DNA of 54,163 bases from an uncultured Bacilli bacterium (lineage in GTDB: Bacteria > Bacillota_I > Bacilli_A > RF39 > UBA660), in contig CALVPE010000019.1 of assembly GCA_944350485.1 (NCBI GenBank), positions 1 to 54,163 of the forward strand. The letters are read 5' to 3'. Positions 31,190 through 40,213 of this stretch are shown piece by piece. The notes under the pieces are model-generated. The model was given only the letters and a program-made list of their open reading frames with translations. It had not been told where the DNA came from and searched no databases. The position numbers and the translations under genes were made by a program. The first letter of the stretch is position 1. Each line of letters begins with the position of its first letter.

Positions 31190-31816
31190 ATGAATAATAA
31201 TTTATATATCGTAAAACCAAATGATAATTTATATAATATTGCACTGAAAAATAATACTACAATCGGAATATTAAAAGCTTTAAATAAATTAAATTCAAAT
31301 ATTTTACAAGTAGGACAAATCTTAAAACTCCCAACTATTCAAGTTGAAGAAGCAAATCCTGGCGATTATTTAATTTATACAGTCAAAAAAGGTGATAATT
31401 TATATAGTATAGCTAATAAATATCATATTAGTTTAGAAAACCTAATTAATTATAATGAACAAGGTAGTACTCTTTTACAAATAGGTCAACAATTATTAAT
31501 ACCTGTTAATAATAAAAACAACAATTATATAAGTTATGTTATTAAACCAGGAGACACTTTATATAATGTTGCTAAACGTTATCAAACAACTGTTGATGAG
31601 ATAAAAAAATTAAATAACTTTGAACAGAATATGTTAAAAATTGGGGAAATTATTTTAATTCCTAGTACTACTAATTATAAAACTTACGTTGTTAGAACCA
31701 ATGATACTTTACAAGGAATAGCTAATCGTTTTAACTTAGACATTAATACTTTAAAAAAAATAAACAATTTAGAAGCCGATGATGTTGTTGTTGGTCAAAT
31801 TTTATTAGTACCATAA
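31190..31816 (+). CDS. LysM-repeat protein (four LysM domains)
   Basis: Four copies of the Y-V-K-GD-LY-IA...-N-L-...-L-VGQ-L-P LysM pattern. No signal peptide or catalytic domain is visible. Confidence 0.85.
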   Translation: MNNNLYIVKPNDNLYNIALKNNTTIGILKALNKLNSNILQVGQILKLPTIQVEEANPGDYLIYTVKKGDNLYSIANKYHISLENLINYNEQGSTLLQIGQQLLIPVNNKNNNYISYVIKPGDTLYNVAKRYQTTVDEIKKLNNFEQNMLKIGEIILIPSTTNYKTYVVRTNDTLQGIANRFNLDINTLKKINNLEADDVVVGQILLVP

Positions 31817-31960
31817 ACTTAAATAATTATTAATTACGTTTTTTTTAATTGAATGGTGATGAGATAAAACTCATCACCATTTAAAATTAAAAGTCTAATA
31901 ATCATTAAGATAATTATATAACTTTGATTAATAAAATGTTACTATCATTCAAAATCTATT

Positions 31961-32566
31961 TTAATCTTTAGTCTTTTTATCAATTAAAACAGCATCAATA
32001 GTTTTATTATTATCTTTAATTATTTCTTTTTCAATTACTATATCTTTTTTGCTAAAAATATAGCCACATATTTCTAAAAAAGCATAAATCATTATAACAA
32101 GACCAATAGCTTTAAAAGCTAAATTTGTTTCTAAAATAGTATATAAACCACCTACTATTAATAATAAAGATATAGTTAATAAAATCCAAAATTTGCTAGT
32201 TTTCTTACTAAGATATAAAGCATTTATTAAACGATTAATACCACTGAATAAAATCCACCCACCTATCACTAATCGAACTAAAGCTTCAATTACTCCAGCT
32301 AAAAAAATAAAAACAAGTCCTATTACAGCTAAAATAATTCCCAAAATCATATCATTTGAAGAAGTATTATTATCTTTTTTTACATCTAAATAATTTTTAA
32401 TGCATTTAAATACACCTACAATAATAATTAAACTGCCTATAACATAAGAAATAAATAAAACAACTACATCTGGTTTAGTAAACATGATAGCTCCTAAAAT
32501 CAAAAATACAATTGAACTTACTAAAGACATTAAACTCGAATAAGCTTTTACTTTTATTTTCATCAT
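31961..32566 (-). CDS. DUF308/HdeD-like integral membrane protein
   Basis: About six hydrophobic helices with the paired-helix pattern typical of HdeD-like proteins. The family call is tentative. Confidence 0.5.
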   Translation of the reverse strand: MMKIKVKAYSSLMSLVSSIVFLILGAIMFTKPDVVVLFISYVIGSLIIIVGVFKCIKNYLDVKKDNNTSSNDMILGIILAVIGLVFIFLAGVIEALVRLVIGGWILFSGINRLINALYLSKKTSKFWILLTISLLLIVGGLYTILETNLAFKAIGLVIMIYAFLEICGYIFSKKDIVIEKEIIKDNNKTIDAVLIDKKTKD

Positions 32567-32685
32567 TACCTCATTTCATCTAAATTATACTATACTTTAA
32601 CAATAATTCCAACTTTTTCTTTTTAATAATTTTTAAATAATCCTAAAAAAAACAAATATATTTTCTTAATATATTTGTCTTCTTT

Positions 32686-33804
32686 TTAATTTTCCTTATA
32701 TTCTGTTAATTTAACTTTTGTCGTTTTTTCTTTACCATCTCTTATATAAGTAAGGGTAATAGTATCACCTGCATTATATTTATATAACTCATATCTTAAA
32801 TAAGCAATATTATCAACTTCTTCATTATTTAATTTTGTAATAACATCTCCTTTTTTAAGATTTGATTTACTAGCTCCACTTTCCCCTGTTACTTCAACAA
32901 CTACAACACCTGATGTGATATTTTTATCAAGCATAATTCCACTTCGATATAAAGCATAAGTATCAGTTGCATTTAACATACTAATACCAAGCATTGGTCT
33001 TACAATTGTTTTATTATTTTCAAGATTTTCGATATGAGTCATTGCATATTCAATTGGAATTGCAAATCCCATATTTTCAACTTCTGTTTGAACTAATTTT
33101 AAAGAAACTATTCCAATTACTTCACCAGTTGCATTTATCAGAGGTCCACCACTATTTCCTGGATTAACAGCAGCATTTGTTTGTAAAACTTTCATAACCC
33201 AATCACTTGTATTTCCTGATAAACTAACTGTTACTAAACGATCTTTTCCTGATAAAATACCGTCCGTTACTGTACCTCGAAATTCATAACCAATAGGAGA
33301 ACCAATTGTAAAAACAGGATCACCAATCTTTGATTTTTCACTGGTTCCAATAACAGCTACATCAAGAACGTCACTTTTAGCTATTCTTACAACTGCCAAA
33401 TCTAAATATTCATCACTTCCTAAAACAGTTCCATCAATCTTTTTATCATCACTTCTAATTAAAACAATCTTAGTAGCTCCAGCTATAACATGATGATTAG
33501 TTAAAACATAACCATACTTATCATCAGTTTTATAAACAAAACCACTTCCAGTTGAAGTTAAAGAATCATTCTTATAATTTTCAATCATCATAACAGCATC
33601 ATAAACCTTTTCAACACTAGCAGATAAAGAACCATCATTAACAATAACTGTTCCACTACAAGCTTTACAACTATTTTGACTATTACCATTAGTATTTTCC
33701 TGATAAACATTTGTATTAATAGCTATATAATACATCACAAGTCCACCTAATACAAAAGCTACAAATAAATAAATAACTAAATTAATTTTATCTTTTTCTC
33801 TCAT
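32686..33804 (-). CDS. htrA: HtrA/DegP-family serine protease with PDZ domain
   Basis: N-terminal TM anchor, the catalytic triad context TNHHV ... D ... GNSGGPL, and a C-terminal PDZ domain. Confidence 0.92.
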   Translation of the reverse strand: MREKDKINLVIYLFVAFVLGGLVMYYIAINTNVYQENTNGNSQNSCKACSGTVIVNDGSLSASVEKVYDAVMMIENYKNDSLTSTGSGFVYKTDDKYGYVLTNHHVIAGATKIVLIRSDDKKIDGTVLGSDEYLDLAVVRIAKSDVLDVAVIGTSEKSKIGDPVFTIGSPIGYEFRGTVTDGILSGKDRLVTVSLSGNTSDWVMKVLQTNAAVNPGNSGGPLINATGEVIGIVSLKLVQTEVENMGFAIPIEYAMTHIENLENNKTIVRPMLGISMLNATDTYALYRSGIMLDKNITSGVVVVEVTGESGASKSNLKKGDVITKLNNEEVDNIAYLRYELYKYNAGDTITLTYIRDGKEKTTKVKLTEYKEN

Positions 33805-33805
33805 C

Positions 33806-34735
33806 TTAATCTAACTCCTTTATTTCTAAATAATTTTTAGGAAATCCCATTCTATCTAAAACTTTATCTATTTTAATACTATGTAAATTCAAATCTAAAT
33901 TTTCTAAATTATGTCTTATCTCTTCAATCATATTTTTAAATTCTTCTTTATTTAACATTTGCTTCATGACAATTATTAAAGCAAATAAATCATTTTTACC
34001 ATATAAATACTCATCATCCATGAATGGAATATTCAACAATTTATGATATTTAGTATCATTTATCTTTCTTTGAGTCTTATTTTCATAAACAATATCTTCA
34101 TGTGCACATAAATTTCGATAATTTGATAAAATCGTTAAATAATTACCAAGAACTTCAATATCTAAATTATAAATTTCAGCTATTCCTATTTGATCTTCTT
34201 TCTTTAAAATAGAATACAACTCTCCAACAATCCCAAACGATAACACTTTTACTAAAACCCATAATGGTATATAACCATAATTATTTAAATAATGGGCGGT
34301 TGCTGAATGTTGTGGGGCATTAATATTAATTTGTCTTTTCATTTTCTTTAAAATATCATTTACTTGTTTAATCTTTTCACGATTAGAAGTAAAATTTTTG
34401 GGAGTCAAATACTCTTTCTCACGATAACCATATTTTAAAGATAATTGATAACTAATAACCGATTTAATATTATTTTCAATAATCAAAATATTTTTAAAAA
34501 TGATATTTCTAAAGGTTCGATCAAATAAAAACAAACTATATAATTCTTCAAAAGTAGTTCCACTTATATATTGTCTGTCAACACTACTTTTCATAAACAA
34601 ATGCCTATATCCATTTAAAAAGAAATAATTTTCCTTAAATAAAATATTTTTAGCATATTCTAGATCATTTATAACTAACCCTTTATTCCTTAAAATCTCA
34701 ATTTGTTCATTTAAGGTTTTAAACTCCTTTTTCAT
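33806..34735 (-). CDS. Abi-like protein (Abi_2 / AbiD-AbiF-like family)
   Basis: About 300 aa. The N-terminus (LNEQIEILRNKGLVI) and the motif NYRNLCAHED are characteristic of the Abi_2 family. GGAGG RBS. Confidence 0.75.
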   Translation of the reverse strand: MKKEFKTLNEQIEILRNKGLVINDLEYAKNILFKENYFFLNGYRHLFMKSSVDRQYISGTTFEELYSLFLFDRTFRNIIFKNILIIENNIKSVISYQLSLKYGYREKEYLTPKNFTSNREKIKQVNDILKKMKRQININAPQHSATAHYLNNYGYIPLWVLVKVLSFGIVGELYSILKKEDQIGIAEIYNLDIEVLGNYLTILSNYRNLCAHEDIVYENKTQRKINDTKYHKLLNIPFMDDEYLYGKNDLFALIIVMKQMLNKEEFKNMIEEIRHNLENLDLNLHSIKIDKVLDRMGFPKNYLEIKELD

Positions 34736-34885
34736 TCTATCGCTCCTACCTCCATAAGTATAGCATAAAAATAGTCAAAAAATATGTTTTTTTGATGAAA
34801 TTTTTATGTTTTTAATTATTTATTTGACATAATTACTTGTAATTTAAATATCTTTAGTTTATTATTTTAAGCAAACGGAGAATAT

Positions 34886-35701
34886 ATGAGTTATAAAGAT
34901 ATAGAATACAGTGAATTCATTAATTGTATATTTAATGAATATTTAAAAAGAAAACAAGAAAATAATTTATTAAATCGTGATATCATGCTTTTTAAAAATA
35001 TAATTACTTTTTATTTTCAAAAAGATCGATCTGATGCTTTTCAAGATATTATTGATAATTTTAAAGAATTATATATTTTAGATGAATCAAGAATTGAACC
35101 AAATGTAACTTATGAAGAAAAATTAGGCTTAGGACTTGTTTATGATTATATTAAAGATTTTGATTTTTTAAAAGATAATTTTAATATTTTTGTTATGTCT
35201 TTAAAAATGCATTCCCTTTTATATTCAAAATGTTTAGGTAGTAATTTTGGAGGTCAATTAAGAACTACTAATGTAATTTTAAAAGATTTAAATATTGATA
35301 TTCCTGATCCAATTACAACCATTAAAATTTTTAATAATTTCTTAAATCCTCAAAAATCTAATCAAGTCTTTGAAAAATATTTTGAACATAATCTATTTGG
35401 GTACTTAGAAGATTGTATTAAACTATGTATAAATTTAATTAAATTACAACCATTTTCAGATGGCAATAAAAGATGTTTTCGAGCTTTATTAAACCTTTTA
35501 TTTAAAAGAGTTAATATTCCTCCTATTTTTATTGATTTAAACGAAAGACAAGAATATAAAACCGCTTTAATAAAAGCTTTAGAAACTAATGATTATGATG
35601 ATATTATCAAATTTTATTATTACAAAATATGTGATGCTATTATCCTTTTAGATTTAGAAAATATAAAATTTAAATCAAGTAAAAAGTTAATAAAAAAATA
35701 G
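34886..35701 (+). CDS. Fic-fold protein with a degenerate active-site motif
   Basis: A flap-like GGQLRTTNVILKD segment. The motif position reads QPFSDGNKRCFR (35447-35482), where canonical Fic has HxFx(D/E)GNGRxxR. Confidence 0.7.
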   Translation: MSYKDIEYSEFINCIFNEYLKRKQENNLLNRDIMLFKNIITFYFQKDRSDAFQDIIDNFKELYILDESRIEPNVTYEEKLGLGLVYDYIKDFDFLKDNFNIFVMSLKMHSLLYSKCLGSNFGGQLRTTNVILKDLNIDIPDPITTIKIFNNFLNPQKSNQVFEKYFEHNLFGYLEDCIKLCINLIKLQPFSDGNKRCFRALLNLLFKRVNIPPIFIDLNERQEYKTALIKALETNDYDDIIKFYYYKICDAIILLDLENIKFKSSKKLIKK

Positions 35702-35745
35702 ATGATTTTATCCAAGTATGTTATAATTATACTAAGGAGTGTTTT

Positions 35746-36282
35746 ATGAATAATTTTAAAGAAAAGAATTTTTTTACTTATCTTTCTTCTAAAAATATTT
35801 CAGCTAATGAAATAACTTACTTAAAAAAATTATATAAAGAATATAAATTGTTTGATAGTTATACTTGTCATAATATTAATAAACAACAATTAGATTTCTT
35901 AGAAGATAAAATTTATACTATTAAAGGAAAGCTATTAAATGACTTTGAAAGAATAAAAACAGAAATACTTAAAATTCATAAAGTCTTCATAACAAGTGAT
36001 AATTTAGCCAAACAAGCTTCAAGTAAATATATTAAAGAAATACTTTCTTTATTAAATAAAGAAGATGTAATTAATCAACCAGAAACTCTTTTTTATATCA
36101 AAAAATTAATTACAATTATTCAAACTATTTTAGATATGAATATTACTTTTTACTATGCCTCTTACTGTGTTTTTATGGAAAGATATCGTAACTTAGAACT
36201 TAATTATGATAATAAATTAGAATATAAATCATTTGATAATACTATAAAAATAAAAAGAATAAAAAGTGAGGAAGAAAGATGA
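35746..36282 (+). CDS. hypothetical protein
   Basis: 178 aa with an AAGGAG RBS. Its stop overlaps the next start (ATGA). No family recognised. Confidence 0.6.
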   Translation: MNNFKEKNFFTYLSSKNISANEITYLKKLYKEYKLFDSYTCHNINKQQLDFLEDKIYTIKGKLLNDFERIKTEILKIHKVFITSDNLAKQASSKYIKEILSLLNKEDVINQPETLFYIKKLITIIQTILDMNITFYYASYCVFMERYRNLELNYDNKLEYKSFDNTIKIKRIKSEEER

Positions 36283-38027
36283 GTATTGAGAATTTAATTA
36301 AAAAAATAACAAATCTTACTCAAGAAATTAATTTACAAATAGAAAATATTCAAACTAAATTAAATCAACTTCAAATAGTAAATATTATTTCTAATAAATT
36401 AAATACAAATTTAACTGATTTAAATCTTGACTTTTTTAAAGAAGGATTATTAAAAATTGAAGAAGAAAAAGAAGTTTTAAAAGATTTAAAAGATTTAAAT
36501 GATATTCAAGAAGTTTATCCTTTTTTAATTGATTCTAGTTTTGAAAATACTGGTAATAAAAAAGAATATTTAGATCTTTTAGAAAACTTAAAAATGAAAA
36601 TAAATCAAAAGTTTTTAGAAAAAAATAATTATTTAAATGAAGAATTAATTAAATTAACTAAACTAAAAGAAAATTATTTAAAACTTAATCATTACTTAAC
36701 TAATTTAAATAATCTAAGTTATCAAGAAATAGAATCTTTATATGATTTAATTGAAATATTAGAAATTAATTTAGAAGATAAATTAGAAATTATTAAAACA
36801 ATTAGTAAAATTAATTTAAAAAATTTTTTAGATAAAAAAGTAATTACTGAAACACCTCTTGAAGTTGAAGTTACTCAAGAGAATATGGATGATTTTATTA
36901 GAGAAACTGAAGAAAATGAAAGACTAATTAAAAGAGAATTACAAAAAGAAGATGATGATCTTTACACTAAAAAAACTAATCAATTGTTAGAATTAATAAA
37001 AGAAACAAAAATAATTCTCGAAGAAAATCAAAATATAATTGAAGAATTTAATAATTTAGATAATAATATTCAAGTTTATATTAGAAATAATGATATTATC
37101 AGTGCTACAGCTACTAATCCTTGGCTTGATTTCAATAGTCTTAAATTATTAGTAACTATCATTAATGAATTATTAGATTTACAAGATTTATTAGAATTTG
37201 ACTATGATAGATCAACTATTGATGATATTATTATTTCTTATAAAGAATATTTAAATAATTACAAAGAAGGTTTAAAAAAATATCAACAATTGAAAGAAAA
37301 GATTACTGAAGAAGAAAAACAAGAAGTAATTGAAGTTATTGATGAAGAAAAAGAAGATTATGATGATGATTTTAACTCTTCTGATATAAAAGACTTTCCT
37401 ACTTTCTTAAGTACTAGTAAAAATATGTTTATTTTTGCTTTAGATAGTAATGGTAATAATTATGTTGAAAATGATTTAAATTCAGGAAAAAATATCGAAA
37501 TATTAGGTAAAAAACAAGGTTTATTAAAAACAATTTCTATATTTTCAAGAAATTATGTTGGTCGCGGTGTTATAAACTCATCAACTAATAGTAGTAAAGA
37601 AAATAAAAATAATCGTGATAAAAAAGTTTATAAAAATTTAAAATCTAAAGATTATGATGAAGAATTTAAACCAAGACGTTTTAGACCATCTTATGGACAA
37701 AGAACTGGTTATTTAATTATTCCAGTTTGTAAAGAAAATTGTCAAAAGATTTTTGATTTATATGGTAATGAAAATATTTTACAAAACGGAAGAATTGTCA
37801 TGTTTATAGGTGTTATCTATACAACTAGTGATGATAAAAGTGATTATGATAAAGTTATTAATAAACATTTATATAATAATCAAGAGTATATAAGAAAAGT
37901 AAAAGAACTATTTATAAATAAAGATACAAGAAAAGAAGAATTAAAAGAAATAATTGATAATGGTATGAGTGATTGTTATAACTTAATTAAAAGTTTAACA
38001 AAACCAAAAGGAAAGGTAGTTGAATAA
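36279..38027 (+). CDS. hypothetical coiled-coil protein with a distinct C-terminal globular domain
   Basis: 582 aa. The N-terminal ~350 aa is heptad-rich and acidic. The C-terminal ~200 aa is mixed alpha/beta (NMFIFALD...RRFRPSYGQRTGYLIIPV...RIVMFIGVIY). No family recognised. Confidence 0.65.
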   Translation: MSIENLIKKITNLTQEINLQIENIQTKLNQLQIVNIISNKLNTNLTDLNLDFFKEGLLKIEEEKEVLKDLKDLNDIQEVYPFLIDSSFENTGNKKEYLDLLENLKMKINQKFLEKNNYLNEELIKLTKLKENYLKLNHYLTNLNNLSYQEIESLYDLIEILEINLEDKLEIIKTISKINLKNFLDKKVITETPLEVEVTQENMDDFIRETEENERLIKRELQKEDDDLYTKKTNQLLELIKETKIILEENQNIIEEFNNLDNNIQVYIRNNDIISATATNPWLDFNSLKLLVTIINELLDLQDLLEFDYDRSTIDDIIISYKEYLNNYKEGLKKYQQLKEKITEEEKQEVIEVIDEEKEDYDDDFNSSDIKDFPTFLSTSKNMFIFALDSNGNNYVENDLNSGKNIEILGKKQGLLKTISIFSRNYVGRGVINSSTNSSKENKNNRDKKVYKNLKSKDYDEEFKPRRFRPSYGQRTGYLIIPVCKENCQKIFDLYGNENILQNGRIVMFIGVIYTTSDDKSDYDKVINKHLYNNQEYIRKVKELFINKDTRKEELKEIIDNGMSDCYNLIKSLTKPKGKVVE

Positions 38028-39781
38028 TGGAATACGATAAGAGAATAAAAGAAATTCTTGAACAAAAAATTCAAGATTTGCAAATAGAAAGTAATAATTT
38101 AACTAAAAAATATTTAAAAGAAAAAGAAGAAACTAATACTAAATTACACCTAATAAATTCTCTTCTTGATAATCCCTCTTTATTAAAAGACTTATCTTTA
38201 GAAAAATTGCAAGAAATTGAACCAAATATTTTAGAAGATCAATTAAAAAATCTTAAATTTTATCAAATAATTTTAAAGCAGAAAAGAAATTTAGCACCAA
38301 GTTATCTTGAGAAATTAAAAAATATCTTAACAAGTATTAAAGCAAAATTTGAAGAAGATATAGAAAAAATAACTGAAATGTTTGAACATCATCATCTTAA
38401 AGAACAAATTATAAAATTAAAAGATTTATTAAAAAAAGTTCAAATTTATGATTTAAAACCAGATGATATAGATTTATTATCTAATATTTTAATTGAAAAA
38501 CAAAGTATTAAAGAAGTTATTCAAATTATCAAATATTTATCATTAAAAACTCTTCAAAAATTAGATCAACCACCTATTAATATCAATAATGATGAAATAT
38601 TAAAAACTAATTTAAATATTAATGATTTAATTAATCTTTTACAAAAATATAAAATAGATTATAATTTACTTTCTGATAATGCTAAACAAGAACTACAAGA
38701 ATATGGAAATTTAGAAAATATTAATGATATTTTAACAACTTTTAATAAATATTTAGAAATAGATAAATACATAAAAAATTATCCTTTACAAATAGCTAGA
38801 ATTTTAATTTATTCAAATAAAGATAAAGTTAAAAGTATTCTAGATACATATATAAAATATGGTATTAATATAAGCGATAAAACAGATCAAATATTTAAAT
38901 CACCATCCAAGTTTATTGAACGAAAAAGAAAATTTTTACCAAGAACAGGTTCAAATTCCAGTTCTAATTTTAAAGAAGAAGAATTTGGTACTAACGAAGA
39001 TTTTATTCAAAATATTGAATTATTTGCAAATCTTGGTTTAGATATTAAAAAAGCTTATGATAAAAGTTATTGTTATTTTGAAAGACCTCATCAACATATC
39101 TTAATTTGTCTTAAAAACTTTGAGTTATATGGAATAGATAAAGAAGTTTATTTGAAAACTTTAAGCTGCTTTAGAACTCATAAACAATTGGATACTTTAG
39201 ATATGTTTATTGAACTCGATGCTTTTGATTATGTTAAAAATAATATGTCAATGTCATGTATTCCTGTCAATTCACCTACTTTTTATAAATTAACACATCT
39301 TAAAAATCAAGGTATCCAACCAAACGATTTATATATAAGAGGAATTAAATTTCCATATACAATAACTTCCGATGCTAAAGTTTTCCAAGGTATAAATCGA
39401 ACAAATGGAAAAGAAGTAACAAAAGCTTATACACCTATTAATCCAATATTTGAAGAATACGATAAAGTTATAAATAAAAGTCTTAATAACACTATCAATA
39501 TTATTTTAAGTGATAATGATTCTTGTGTTAAAAAGCTTGATCAACAATATATTTCTATTGATCAAAATAATATGCCTGATTATCGTTTATATTTAATAAA
39601 TGGTATTAGAATATCAAGAATGAAAGTTTTAAGATATATGAATACCTTAGTTTATAATGGTTTTTCAGAAAATATTGATATGTTAATGTACGCCATTACT
39701 AAAAATAGTATTTTAACTGAAGAAGAATATAATTTACTTAATACTGAAATAAAAAAAATATTCAATGAATTGAGGAGATAA
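38027..39781 (+). CDS. hypothetical coiled-coil / helical-repeat protein
   Basis: 584 aa. Its start overlaps the previous stop (TAATG). The N-terminal region is coiled coil. It is followed by repeated helical modules containing x-G-I/L-N/D (KYGINISD, NLGLDIKK, LYGIDKEV). Confidence 0.65.
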   Translation: MEYDKRIKEILEQKIQDLQIESNNLTKKYLKEKEETNTKLHLINSLLDNPSLLKDLSLEKLQEIEPNILEDQLKNLKFYQIILKQKRNLAPSYLEKLKNILTSIKAKFEEDIEKITEMFEHHHLKEQIIKLKDLLKKVQIYDLKPDDIDLLSNILIEKQSIKEVIQIIKYLSLKTLQKLDQPPININNDEILKTNLNINDLINLLQKYKIDYNLLSDNAKQELQEYGNLENINDILTTFNKYLEIDKYIKNYPLQIARILIYSNKDKVKSILDTYIKYGINISDKTDQIFKSPSKFIERKRKFLPRTGSNSSSNFKEEEFGTNEDFIQNIELFANLGLDIKKAYDKSYCYFERPHQHILICLKNFELYGIDKEVYLKTLSCFRTHKQLDTLDMFIELDAFDYVKNNMSMSCIPVNSPTFYKLTHLKNQGIQPNDLYIRGIKFPYTITSDAKVFQGINRTNGKEVTKAYTPINPIFEEYDKVINKSLNNTINIILSDNDSCVKKLDQQYISIDQNNMPDYRLYLINGIRISRMKVLRYMNTLVYNGFSENIDMLMYAITKNSILTEEEYNLLNTEIKKIFNELRR

Positions 39782-39782
39782 A

Positions 39783-40076
39783 ATGTTAGATTTTTTAAAT
39801 CAAGTTTTAAAAAAAGAAGATATAAATTTAATACAAGAAAATATTTATGCATCAGATGTTTTTAATCTTAATTGTAATCAAGATGAATGTTTAAAAATTA
39901 TTAAATATTTACAAGAGTTAGGTATTAATAATATTACTGAATTAATAGTTAATCGTTTAGAAATTTTTTTAGATACTCTTGAGAAAATTAAAGAATTAAT
40001 ACCTAGTAATATTAATAAAGATTTAATTAAAAACATAAATGATGATTATATTAATATAGATTATCTCTATAACTAA
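39783..40076 (+). CDS. hypothetical small helical protein
   Basis: 97 aa with a GAGGAG RBS. It starts 1 nt after the upstream stop. It contains the same ELGINNITELI-type module seen in the preceding protein. Confidence 0.55.
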   Translation: MLDFLNQVLKKEDINLIQENIYASDVFNLNCNQDECLKIIKYLQELGINNITELIVNRLEIFLDTLEKIKELIPSNINKDLIKNINDDYINIDYLYN

Positions 40077-40086
40077 TATTTAATTT

Positions 40087-40124
40087 AAATAGTTTAAAAA
40101 CTAATTTTTGAACTATTTTTTATT
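40087..40124 (+). terminator. rho-independent terminator after the four-gene operon
   Basis: Long imperfect hairpin aaatagtttaaaaa / tttttgaactattt followed by a T-run. Confidence 0.6.
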
Positions 40125-40213
40125 TAATTTTATAAATTTAAAAATTTATAATTTTTTTCTACAATTATTATTTAGACATGTTATAATTGTTGTTGTTAAT
40201 TAAAGGAGTATAC

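Noticed and set aside
31852-31881. 12-bp-stem hairpin (aatggtgatgag / ctcatcaccatt) between the convergent LysM and DUF308-like genes, considered as a bidirectional terminator
   Set aside because: The stem is strong, but neither side has a proper downstream T-run in the transcribed orientation. It may still act as a terminator or RNA-stability element, but I do not call it confidently.
36470-36500. Short tandem nucleotide repeats inside the coiled-coil genes (for example ttaaaagatttaaaagatttaaatgat)
   Set aside because: They simply encode the repetitive LKDLKDLND-type heptads and are in frame. There is no evidence of an independent repeat element or phase-variation tract.
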